From NCBI GenBank assembly GCA_965178125.1, contig OZ237740.1:248001-312000 (forward strand): 64,000 nt of DNA, given 5' to 3'. Positions 25,912 to 37,291 of the stretch are shown piece after piece (position 1 is the stretch's first letter; every line of letters begins with the position of its first letter). The DNA comes from Bilabrum cf. latius. Lineage: Eukaryota. The notes beneath the pieces were generated by a model, which saw only the letters and a list, made by a program, of their open reading frames with translations, was not told where the DNA came from and did not search any database. Both the position numbers and the translations under genes were made by a program.

Positions 25912-28900
25912 TAGAGAGAATATAATATGTCTGAGTCAAAGCACACACTACCCAACTACAACGACCACCCCAAGAGGCAATCGCACTGGGCAGGTCGAAC
26001 GGATCAGCAAGCTCACGCCATGGGCTCCGCAAGCTGGGCCGCTCCTCCGTGGGGGAGTTGCGCTGCTTGCGTTCCATCTGCGTTCGCGATGCCTTCGTGT
26101 TCGATTGCGTTCGGATCAGCCGCCTCGTCCGGTGCTGCACCCTCAGCTCCTACTGCAGCTGCAGCAGGTACAGCGGGCACAGCTGGCGCTTCAGCCGCAT
26201 CCAAACCCTACGCACCACCAGCTCCACCAGCTCCACCAGCTCCACCAGCCTGCTGTAGTGCCACTCCTAGCTGCGCAACTCCCGCTGCCAGCTCTCCCAC
26301 CTGACCACCAGCTCCTGCTGCGGCCGCTCCCTGTGCGCCGGTTGCCTCCCTCTGCTTCAGCAGCTCACAAGCGTTAAGGTTAAATTTGCTCGTGAAAGCT
26401 GCGTTCCGCATGGCGACCAACCTGGCGATATCCCCTCTGGCTCCATCTCCGATCCTGCCTGAAGGCTGGATCACAAAATCCCGAAAGATCACCGTTTTGG
26501 GATTTTTCAGCGTCTTCACTGGGTTCCCCGTCGCCCCCGTGGGGATACGACCAGCCGTCCTCCGGTGCGGAGGCACCTCCAGATGAACCTCCCTGTGCTT
26601 CCTGAATGCTCCCCTGACCCAGGCAGTCTCATCCTGGTAGTCCGAGCCCACGGGTTTCGCGGGTCCGGTGCGTTCCCCCTCGCGTGCTCCCTTCTTGAAC
26701 CTCTAGTTGATCGGTGCGAGTGCGGCTTGGGCAAGCGGGTCCACGCAAGTCACATCGACTAGGATCTCCTTCTTCCCTGGTCCTCTGCGGATCACCAAAT
26801 CCATCCTGTAATCCTTTCCCTCCAAGTACTGTCCCGTGTCTTCGGATGACGCTTTATACCCTGTCGCGTGCTGGCCGATCCTGCACAGCTCCCTCTTCAC
26901 AGTCTCGTGGATGCCAGTGAGCCGCCCCTTGTCGATGGCTCGCTTCAGCCTGTTCCCACAGCAGCTCATGTGTCTTACCTGGTGTATGTACCCGGTGCCG
27001 CATCGGCACTCGGGGTCCGGGCATACCAGGTTCATCTCAGCTTCCAGGTCGTGTGTCCCGTCTTGGTGCCGCATCCGCTTGAGCACCTCCTGCGCCTGCC
27101 TTGCCGATGGTGACGGTCCCATCAGACGCCTGCAAAATTCCTCTTGGTACCCCTTGTTGGAAGGAATGGTCACGCCATAACCAAACTGCTCCTTCACGTA
27201 GCAGGCGCGTAGCAACGCCCCTGCGTCGGCTGACCTGCAGCTCCTGATCAGCGCCCTTGCTCTCTGCATCTCCACTCGGGCCCTGTCTGCCCACTGTTGG
27301 TCTTCTCCTAGGAGGCGTTGTTGGAACCCTGGGATGTTCTGGAAGGGCTTCACCAGAAACATCTCCGTACAGGCACGATCTGCAGCCTTCTTCATCAGAC
27401 TTTCGTGGTGGCCGCCAAACTTCATCGGATCGTCCCCAGCAAGCCGTTGCATATGCCTCAGGTGACTCTTCAACCCTTTTGCCTCCAACATGAACCTCTC
27501 CGGGTTCGCGGCGGTCCGCTTCGCCCTTGACACGTTGTCCATCGGGTCCAACTCGATGAACACTTCCTTCGCAATTTCCACCTTGACCTTCTCAATCGGG
27601 TCAGGTGTGATGAGATTGTGCTCCGCAAACTTCACCTACTTCTCGAGTGCTGCCTTCGTCTCTGGGTCGCTCAGCATCTCCTCGAGTCTCGTCGGGTCCC
27701 AACGACTTGAGACATCCTGGCATGTCCTCGTGGGGCACCGGTTGGTGCCACAGCTGGTACTTGAGGCGTTGGTTGGGGTCCTCTTTGGCCGATCGGACCA
27801 GTCCCTTCATCTTGTACAATGCCCAGCGCACAGCCCAGTCTGCCACCTAGAGCACGGGCGCACTGTAAAGTCCGTACGTGTCGTGTTGGTTGTTGACTGG
27901 GCCTGCGGTTGCCTCCTCGAGCTGGCTAAGCGCGCTCATGAAATCCAGGTTGTACTTCATCGCCAGGCCGGTTAGTCCTGGTACCACATCGAGGACCATG
28001 CCTGCGAAACGTGCTACCAGGGCAAGACGTTCTGGGATCAGTGCAAGCCCGACTCCTCCCTGAGCTAGAGGAGCTTTCCTCTGGTGGCGGACGCACTCAG
28101 CTCGTGGGAACTGGTCGTTCGCCCTATAGAGGCCTGAGTCGAAACTGGCTATCAGGTCCGTGAACGCCTCCTCGAGGCGTTCAACTCTCTGCAGCGTCCC
28201 CCCTTTCTCCTGGCCAATGAGAATACCGCTCCTGCAGAAGTGCTGCCACTTGGGCTGGATGCACGTCCTGAACACGTACACCGCTAGCGATGGCTTCAGA
28301 AGGCCGCATTGAACGAACCCATTTGCCACATCCACCAGCCGCTCTCCCAGGTGCTTCTCCACAAACTCCCTGGTACGTGACACCGGGATGCCAGCCACGA
28401 CGATCCCCGCTGCGTTCAGCGTGCCCTGGAGTCTCCCTGCATCAATATCCTCGCGGATCGCGACCCGCGTGGACTCTGACGGGGAGTGAAACTCCGTCTT
28501 GGTGGGCTGCAGCGTGAGGTTGTCCTTCTCCACCTCCGCTCTCAAGGTGGCCATGCAAAGTGCTACTTTCTCCCGCGTTCCAAGCAGGAATGCATCACCC
28601 GCGATCGAGAGGATGAGTACGTCGGGATGTGCTGCTCGTGTTGCCTTCAGGGCCCTGTCAAAACCAAGGCAGAACAACGGCAGGCTCATGGGTGATCCTT
28701 GTACCACCCCTTGCCGGTTCTTCAGGATGTCAACCTCACCATCCGATCCTACGATCGCCGAGTACCCTGGCGATCTAAACTGCGCTGCAACAAAGGGGAG
28801 GGCCTCGGATTTCTCCTCCCTCAACACCTTCATGATAGACTCCCTCTCCACCGTGCCGTAGGCATTCTTCATGTCCACGTGGGCTGCCACACGATCCGGG

Positions 28901-29418
28901 AACGTGAATAGATACACACGAACCAAGAATGAGATGGCATTTGCCCCACAGGGGAGACCGCCTCCGAACTGCTCTGGCTTGCACCTCTTCACCACCAACG
29001 GTTTGAGCCCGTCGCCAAGATGTTTGAGGAGTGGAAGCAGGAGGTTGGAGGCCATACCGAGTGGCCTAGATTCTGGCTTCCCCGGCTTCTCAATCCCGAT
29101 GCCCCGTCCTAAAGTCAGGAGCATTCGTGCAAGTGGTGGGATCCAGCCTGACCCGATTGCGGTGTACAGCTGCATGACGAGGTCCGCCTGTCCACTGGTG
29201 AACTTGTCTGCGACTTCTCTCGACATCCCCAGAATGTCGACCGCCCGATTTCTCTTGAATTCCTGCAGGTGCGCAATTGACTTCCCTTTGCTGTCCGATA
29301 TCAGCATCGCGCTGAGGTCGAGTGGTGACTCCGGATCACATACCTCGTCTGCCTGCACTTCTCCCATTTCGCCAGAGTGCTGCTGGGTGAGCTGCACCTG
29401 CAGCGCTGGACCCAGCAG
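25912..29418 (-). mobile_element. RLE-type non-LTR retrotransposon, 5'-truncated and degenerate
   Basis: Same family as 54917-59136; catalytic IADD changed to IAGD, small frameshifting deletion near 27700, ~100-bp deletion near 26432; ends ATATTCTCTCT. Confidence 0.9.
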
Positions 29419-32400
29419 ACAGGGGGCCTTGCTACGCGCCTGCTTCAACAGTTCTGGATTGCCTCTGCCACGTAGCATAACAGGTCCACCAGCGATTCCC
29501 CCGTTGACCGACGGATGCCAGCCTGAGTGGCCCCCAAGATGCCGTCAATGAGCCCGACCGCCTTCGTGACCTTGGACGGCTGCACGTACACCTTGAACTC
29601 ATCCAGCGCTACCGTGTACCCCAGGAAATCGAACCGAGGACCTGGGGTGCCCACTGCCAGCGCTTTTGACTCGCTGACTTGGAGGCCCACTCGCGCAGCA
29701 TTATGCACCGACTGCATGGCCACATGGTCAATCCGCGTCATCGGTGCCACTAATCCAAAATCATCCATGAAGGTCGACGTTGCAGTCGTGGGCCGCACAG
29801 GATCGAAATTCCAGCGCTCCTGAAAGGCGTCACCGAAGCATGTCGTCGCCGTGGTGACGTGACCAGGGCTGCTCTTGTTGCCCATGCCGAGGCGCGTGCC
29901 GAGCAGCACCCTGTCGCCGATGCGCAATTGCTGGTACGGAATGTCACCAACAGCCAGCGGGAACTGCCAGAAGGCCTTGCTAAGGTCAATTGTCAGGCCC
30001 GCCAGGGGCTCGGAGGTGTGCTGCGAGATGCGCACGGCCTTGCGCATCAGCTTGCCGATCGATGCCATCGGGGCACTCGTCCATCGCTCGTATTCAACTG
30101 CAACATTGGCCCCCAACAGGGTTTCCGCCCATTTGTCAGAAGCATCCACCAACAGCCAATAGTCTCCAATCTTCTTCTTGGGGATCCCTACCACCGCGCT
30201 CACCGGGGTGCTCGGTGCAGATGACGCTGCGATGGCCAACCTGCGCGACTCACGCAGGCTGGCGTCCAGCTCACAGTGCACTGCAGCCTCAGCCTCAGAC
30301 GGAATGGAGTTTGTCGGCAGCTTGACCTGCTGCTGGACAGCCGCCGTGCGGCCCATCGGGAAACCGTGAGTAAACCCACACAGCGTTCGCTACGCCGGTG
30401 ACATGGCCTTCCAGTCCTTGGCTCGGAAGGTCCGAGGCGGGCATGTCGCTCGCAGGTACGTCGCCCACTGCACCTGCTTCGCTCGGGTTGCGCGTGCTGC
30501 GTCGGGGTCACCCGTGAGCACCATGGGGTCCGCTGCCAGGTGGGCCACCAGTCGCTGGTGCTGTCTACCGAGCGCTGGCGGTGCCTCTCTGGCACGACTA
30601 CGCCCCTCCGCGTCCTGCAAGGACCGCATCCAGGCTGCCCACGTTTGCGATGGTGCAGCTGAGTCATCCCAAATGCGAGGAACCCACGGTTCCACTGGCA
30701 CGACAGACGAGGCGGATAGCCATTCGGCCCAGTCTGAAGTGCCCCACGTATTTCCTTGGCTTGAGCCCAGCAGCCCGTCCTCCTCCGATGAAGAACTGCT
30801 CAGATCTGAACTCACGCCCTACCTCCCCGAGCTCCAGGCTCGGAGGACCCAACCACTGCCCCCGGCAGTGGGATCTACCAAGGCGTGGGAATGATTGTTC
30901 CCGTTGCCTCGATGTAGCACCTGACACGCTGCGAAGGACAGCAGAGGCCGCTTACGGTCCACTACTGGCTTGCAGAGCTGCCAGTCAGGGTCACCTTGTC
31001 CCAGGTCACGCACCCGTGGCGTAGAGGTGCGTAGCCGAGGCCTTGGTGGCACTGCTGACGAAGTCGATGCTGCATGGTCGCTGACACGGATCTCCTAGGC
31101 CGCATGCACTGCTGCTGCACCCTCCGCTAGTACTTCCCCGCTGACCTGACGATGACGTCGTGGCTACTGTGACCACCGCTGGTACTTCCCCGCTGACCTG
31201 ACGATGACGTCGTGGCTACTGTGACCACCGCTGGTACTTCCCCGCTGACCTGACGATGACGTCGTGGCTACTGTGACCACCGCTGCCCAATTGCATTAGT
31301 GAGCACGTCCTGCCGTCCGAAACTGCCGTCGTGTACGTTCCGCCCCTCATTCAGCTGTTGGGTATCCCCCGACCCAACTGTCCGTTGCTGAAGCCATCCC
31401 GAGAAGCCGGTCACCGCAGCGACCGGCACACAATCCTACCCACGGGAGGACAGGTCCTATTGCACCAGAGGTGAGAGAAGTCCTCTGGCGCGAGCCCGCC
31501 TCCACTCCCGAACACAGCGTTTGAGCCCCTGCTCCAAGCGCCGTGCTTGTAGTCGCCGGAGGCGGCGCCTCTCCTGCGTGTAGAGGCGCCGCCGTCTCCT
31601 TGAAGGCCTACCCGGCCGCCACCTGCTGTGGCGGCACAGGTGTGCTGGCCTTCATGAGGAGCCCTGGGCGAGCTCGATCGTCTTCTCCAGTTGTGCCACA
31701 GCCGCAGCCGTCCCGAGAGCTTGGCCCTGTGGCGTGCTGCTCAGCAGTGCAGGTCCGATGCCGTGCGGACCCTCTGGGCACAGGCACGCACGGATGACCT
31801 GCACTACGCGGCCAGGCTCCACCCCCTCGAGTGGGTCAGTATCCTCGAGGTCATCGCCCTTGAGGTACGCCGTGATCAGCGTGTGCACCTGGTCCCTCGC
31901 CGCCATCATGTCGGCCTGACTGGTGGTGCGAATCGCTGGCACCGCGATTCCCATCTTGCCCTATGCGGTTATCACGATTGCAGTGAACACGTCTTGCGCT
32001 GCTGCACGAGAAGTCTGGAGCCCCGAGCCGAAGCTGCCGCCTGCAGTGCGTGCCAGGAGCTGCAGCTTCCACAGCTGCCGGCCCCAGGACGCCAGGGACT
32101 GCGTGACTGCTGTCGCACCTGCATGGAATGCCTCCACACCCGCCTCTGGCCTGTACGGCGACATCGACTACGCCGGCGGGGAGGGCCAGGCAGGCCCTGA
32201 CGTGGCATACGTTTCCACCACCGCTGTGACCACCCGAGCATATGCTCGCACTAAAGCATAGGTGAACAGCGCGAATGGCCGAGGGTGAACCAAGTCGTCA
32301 TGCCTGGGTACCGCGAGATCGGGGGACAGCGGATCATCGCTCTTGAGCTGGAGCAGGTCTGCCCAGCTTTTCTTGATGCGCTCGTCATCCCCAGTGATTG

Positions 32401-32790
32401 CCGAAGCCAAGATGCCTGCCGCTTTCGTAAGGTACTTGGAGGTGGCTGCCAACGACATCCGCGCGGGGCAGTCGCTGCTCGCCTGCATTGCTGCGATCAG
32501 CTCCGCCTTCGCGATCTGAACGAACATCAATCGGAACTCGGTTGCTTCGATTTGACCTGGCCCGTGATCACGGAGTAACGATGCGGGGACAAATGCAGAC
32601 TACACCACACCACACTACACCACACCACGCATAGAGGACTCACCGGGATCAGGTGCACCTGCACCCGTAGCCGCCGGCGGCTGCCTCTACTCGGCGTGGC
32701 GCCTGACGAGCAAGGTCTCTGAGATTGAGGTCGCTCGGTGGGCGCAGGACCCGCTCGAGGAGCAGGCTCAGATGCGACGTAGCGATGCGG
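29419..32790 (-). mobile_element. DIRS/Ngaro-type retrotransposon fragment (ORF1-like + RT; RNase H and recombinase not seen)
   Basis: RT motifs GFTHGFPMG, GIPKK..WLLVDAS, TIDLSKAFWQFPL, LGMGNKSSP, FMDDF, FDFLGY; RT frame continues via TAG 30390 and 30819; upstream ORF 31652-32530 joined via TAG 32168 and 31961. Confidence 0.7.
31130..31285 (+). repeat. 3 x 52-bp tandem repeat
   Basis: GTACTTCCCCGCTGACCTGACGATG... at 31130, 31182, 31234. Confidence 0.9.
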
Positions 32791-33154
32791 AGGAGAGAAT
32801 ATAATATGTCTGAGTCAAAGCACACACTACCCAACTACAACGACCACCCCAAGAGGCAATCGCACTGGGCAGGTCGAACGGATCAGCACTGCGGAGGAGA
32901 GAGAGAGAGAGAGAGAGGGCAGCTAGGGGGGGGAGGGTAGAGAGAAAGGGATGGGGGGGGACGACGGTTCACCGGAACGGGGGAGGAAATGGTGGAGGAA
33001 AAGATGATCGGTGGGGTCATTGGGTTGATGAGGCGGATAGGAAGGGGGAGGCACAGGCCGGGCAGGTGTGGGTTGGGCATGTGTGACGAGTGACTCGGAT
33101 CAGGGGGATCGGATCACCGACCACATGCGGATGTGGAAGTTGAGAGGTCACAAT
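32791..33154 (-). mobile_element. Non-autonomous bipartite derivative of the RLE non-LTR element (5' end + 3' end only, ~365 bp)
   Basis: 32791-32887 equals the element 3' UTR and tail; 32888-33154 aligns with the element 5' end at 62371-62666. Confidence 0.8.
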
Positions 33155-33712
33155 TAGACTCGAGCGGCAATCAAGCCGCGTGCTATTCGGGCGCTGAGGG
33201 GCAGCGCTCGCCAGTTCTCTTTTTTGGTAACTTTGAGGATGGGCTCTCGGAGGAAACCAACTGCAACCATGTGTGACTGTCTGCGAGATTAGGGTGCTGT
33301 GTACAACGTGTGATCTCATCGGCGTGGCGCCTGACGAGTGCGACCACCTGGTGGAGTGCCGCATTCTAGGTTACATTAGTTTACTACACTAAGTGGCGGT
33401 GGTTGCCCACCTCCACCCATCATCCCAGGGGGTAGTTTTGTTTGATACGGACAGTGGCTGAACGGACAAGCCCACCAGCCAAACAACACACAGCCGTCCC
33501 AAAGGGAACCAGAATAAGACAGAGGAAGATGCCCCCGTAACAACACGGATTTGATTGTTCACAATCTGGTCCGAAGTACCGCAATTGCGGACTCACTTGG
33601 TACTACAGGTGTCTTCTTTTGTAATTTCGAGTGACTGCCGGTGAGCGCTCTGCGGGGGGATATGATATTTTGTGGACTCAACTCAAAAGCGCACGATATC
33701 ACGAAGAAACAT

Positions 33713-34010
33713 CTGGAACGAGGGCCCGGGACCTACCAGACTTCACGCTTCAGCTGCAATGGCCTAAACCACCTAAGCTCCACCCTGGGGACCCATTTCC
33801 CCCTGGGGAGCGTCAGCATTCACGTTCCCTCCGGCGCCCGCTGCCGGTACCCCGTCCTGCTGCCCGTTCTGAGCCAACCCTGCCTTGACGTTGGCGATCG
33901 CCACGGCGAGGTTGTTGTTTTCGGCTGCCCCTACAGCCAGGCTGGCAAAGTCCTCCCGGACCGCCCTTGCGAGCGCCCGTTTGGCCTTCGCTGCAGCCCT
34001 CCTCGATCCC
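33713..34010. repeat. ~300-bp dispersed duplication (second copy 48419-48716), possibly the 3' end of another retroelement
   Basis: CTGGAACGAGGGCCCGGGACCTACCAGAC...CCTCGATCCC is present twice; minus frame ends in an Ala/Gly-rich tail with TAGs then TGA. Confidence 0.75.
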
Positions 34011-35164
34011 TTCGAGACAAAATCGAGGATCCTTGAGTGGTCCTGCATGACCCGTGAGTACATAGTGTGGTACACACGCTGTTCCCCGCGCACGTGCTGG
34101 TGCTAGGCGGCAACAGCGCTCTGCTCAGCCGGTTAGTAGCGTGCACTTTTGTGCTAGAATGAGATATAACTAGAAGTGATCGCAGCATCTCCAAGCCTGT
34201 TTCGGCTGCGCGTTGCTGCTCATGCGTCACCCGCTCAAGGAAAGCGATCGCCACTAGTATGGCATGCTCGTGGCTTAGTGGTGCATGTTGCATGCGCCGT
34301 CCCAGCGCTAGCAGCTGCGTCCTCATGGGCCCATCAAGGGCGCGGAGGGTAAGCTCAGCCTCTGGCCAGCCGCCCGCTGCCATCAACGCAGCCTCCACTG
34401 CAGTCGACAGACGCATCTATTCGTCCTCGGTCTCCTTCAGGGCCGCCTGCCGCTCAGCCGTCCAGGGGTGCAGCCACGCTCGTACTGCTTCGGTCCACTT
34501 GCTGGGCACCGCTGCCACGCCAATTGCGGCAGGCCCGGGGCCACTGCTGAAATCCAGTGCTGGGGGTTGTCCAAGAGGAATAGAACCCAGAGGCTGCCTG
34601 GCCTATGCTGGGGTTGCCTGCCGAGGCCGGCTGCCGGCACGAGGCCCGGCACCAGCGCCTGAGGAAGCTCCACCCAGAGCTTCACCCGCAGCCCCTGCCG
34701 GGGCTCTGGAGGCCGACACCGAGCTCCCGGCGTGCGCATGTGCGTAGTCATCATCCGCCTTGCGAGACAGTAAACGAAGGTGTCCGCGTCCTGCGCCGTT
34801 GTGTTCGGCTCAGGGAGTTCCAACCACATGGCGAAGGACGGGAAGGAGTCAGGCAGGACCGTGGAATGGGGCCTTCCATGCACACCCTTCATGGTGACCA
34901 CCGCTGTCAACAAGTATCGAATCATAGATTCAATTATCTGTGCGCGCTTAGGAGACCCCCTCCGTACGCCTTTGATGGTATCGTTCCACTGCGCCTCGAG
35001 CGCAAGAAGCCGGTCTACAGTGAAACCACACACGTCCGTCACCGTTGCCCAAAGCATTGGATCAGACAAGGTCCCAAAGCATGCCTCAAGAAGGAAAATT
35101 GCACGTTGGAAACCGGGTTCTTTCAAGGCCAACGTCGTGAAAATGCCACGCCAGAACTGTTTTT

Positions 35165-36555
35165 TGGTAACTGCCAACCAGTGGGGATTGTAGCAGCCGT
35201 GAAGATGAGCCAATGAGTGTGGTTGAAGGAACAAATCTGATCTGTAGTCTAGGTTCATGTTATATGGACTCGGACATCAGGATTGAAGCAACGGGGAGCA
35301 GAGGTGAGACGGAAGACGAGGTGGGCGCAGGAGCACAGGAGGTGGAGAAGAAGAGGGGGACACCGGCACAGGCGACGACAGTGCGGTGTCAACAGGGAGA
35401 ACACAACGGGGGGAAGGGGGCTCCAGGTGCAAGGCACGAGGGAGACACGGGTGGCAGCGGACTGCATGGCCAGCAGCACGCAGAAGGCCAACAGGTGGGT
35501 GGACAGATGGGGCGCACGGCAGGTCGGCCAGGACCGGCGCGTGCAAGCTGAAAGGATAGGGCCAAGGTGGCAATGCTGGGAGCAAAGCACACGGTCCCTA
35601 GGGCGGGGAACAGGAACAGGAAGCCATGTGGCGACGAGGCCAGTCGGGTGCATGGGGAAAGTGGTGTGTACATTCGTAGTGTCAGATGAATACCGCATTC
35701 AGGTGGACCGGTGAAGAACCAGTCGTTCGGGGTGAAGCCCAGTGGGTCCGCGGGACCGGGGGCAGGAATTTTTCTTCCAACTCAGGTGTGGACGGCCGCG
35801 CTGGCACATGCAGCGCGAACTGTGTGCAAGTAATGGAAGTAATGGTAACTGCCAACCAGTGGGGTTTGCAGCAGCCGCGAAGATGAGCCAATGGGTGTGG
35901 TTGAAGGAACAAATCTGATCTGTAGTCTAGGTTCATGTTATATGGACTCGGACATCAGGATTGAAGCAACGGGGAGCAGAGGTGAGACGGAAGACGAGGT
36001 GGGCGCAGGAGCACAGGAGGTGGAGAAGAAGAGGGGGACACCGGCACAGGCGACGACAGTGCGGTGTCAACAGGGAGAACACAACGGGGGGAAGGGGGCT
36101 CCAGGTGCAAGGCACGAGGGAGACACGGGTGGCAGCGGACTGCATGGCCAGCAGCACGCAGAAGGCCAACAGGTGGGTGGACAGATGGGGCGCACGGCAG
36201 GTCGGCCAGGACCGGCGCGTGCAAGCTGAAAGGATAGGGCCAAGGTGGCAATGCTGGGAGCAAAGCACACGGTCCCTAGGGCGGGGAACAGGAACAGGAA
36301 CAGGAAGCCATGTGGCGACGAGGCCAGTCGGGTGCATGGGGAAAGTGGTGTGTTCATTCGTAGTGTCAGATGAATACCGCATTCAGGTGGACCGGTGAAG
36401 AACCAGTCGTTCGGGGTGAAGCCCAGTGGGTCCGCGGGACCGGGGGCAGGAATTTTTCTTTTTGGTAACTGCCAACCAGTGGGGTTTGCAGCAGCCGCGA
36501 AGATGAGCCAATGGGTGTGGTTGAAGGAACAAATCTGATCTGTAGTCTAGGTTCA
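35165..36555 (+). repeat. Tandem duplication, ~678-bp unit (two copies plus a partial third)
   Basis: TGGTAACTGCCAACCAGTGGGG at 35165, 35843, 36463. Confidence 0.9.
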
Positions 36556-36558
36556 AGG

Positions 36559-37280
36559 TTCAAAAGCGACCTCCCATCGCGGATGCTGCAGTGCACCGCA
36601 CACTCACACAGCACCCTGCCCCCAGCCCATCTCAAAAGCGACCTCCCATCGCGGATGCTGCAGTGCACCGCACACTCACACAGCACCCTGCCCCCAGCCC
36701 ATCTCAAAAGCGACCTCCCATCGCGGATGCTGCAGTGCACCGCACACTCACACAGCACCCTGCCCCCAGCCCATCTCAAAAGCGACCTCCCATCACGGAT
36801 GCTGCAGTGCACCGCACACTCACAGCACCCTGCCCCCAGCCCATCTCAAAAGCGACCTCCCATCACGGATGCTGCAGTGCACCACGCACACACACAGCAC
36901 CCTGCACCCAGCCCATCTCAAAAGCGACCTCCCATCACGGATGCTGCAGTGCACCACGCACTCACACAGCACCCTGCACCCAGCCCAATTCAAAAGCGAC
37001 CTCCCATCACGGATGCTGCAGTGCACCACGCACTCGCACAGCACCCTGCCCCCAGCCCATCTCAAAAGCGACCTCCCATCACGGATGCTGCAGTGCACCA
37101 CACACTCGCAGCACCCTGCACCCAGCCCATCTCAAAAGCGACCTCCCATCACGGATGCTGCAGTGCACCACACACTCGCAGCACCCTGCACCCAGCCCAT
37201 CTCAAAAGCGACCTCCCATCACGGATGCTGCAGTGCACCACGCACACACACAGCACCCTGCACCTACCCCACCCAGCAGT
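36559..37280 (+). repeat. Tandem array, ~10 x 70-72 bp
   Basis: TCAAAAGCGACCTCCCATC units, same family as 16918. Confidence 0.95.
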
Positions 37281-37291
37281 GATCTGACCTC

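Noticed and set aside
29419-33620. Complete Ngaro element with tyrosine recombinase, or an endogenous virophage/Polinton
   Set aside because: No recombinase, RNase H, split repeats, capsid, pPolB or packaging ATPase motifs recognised
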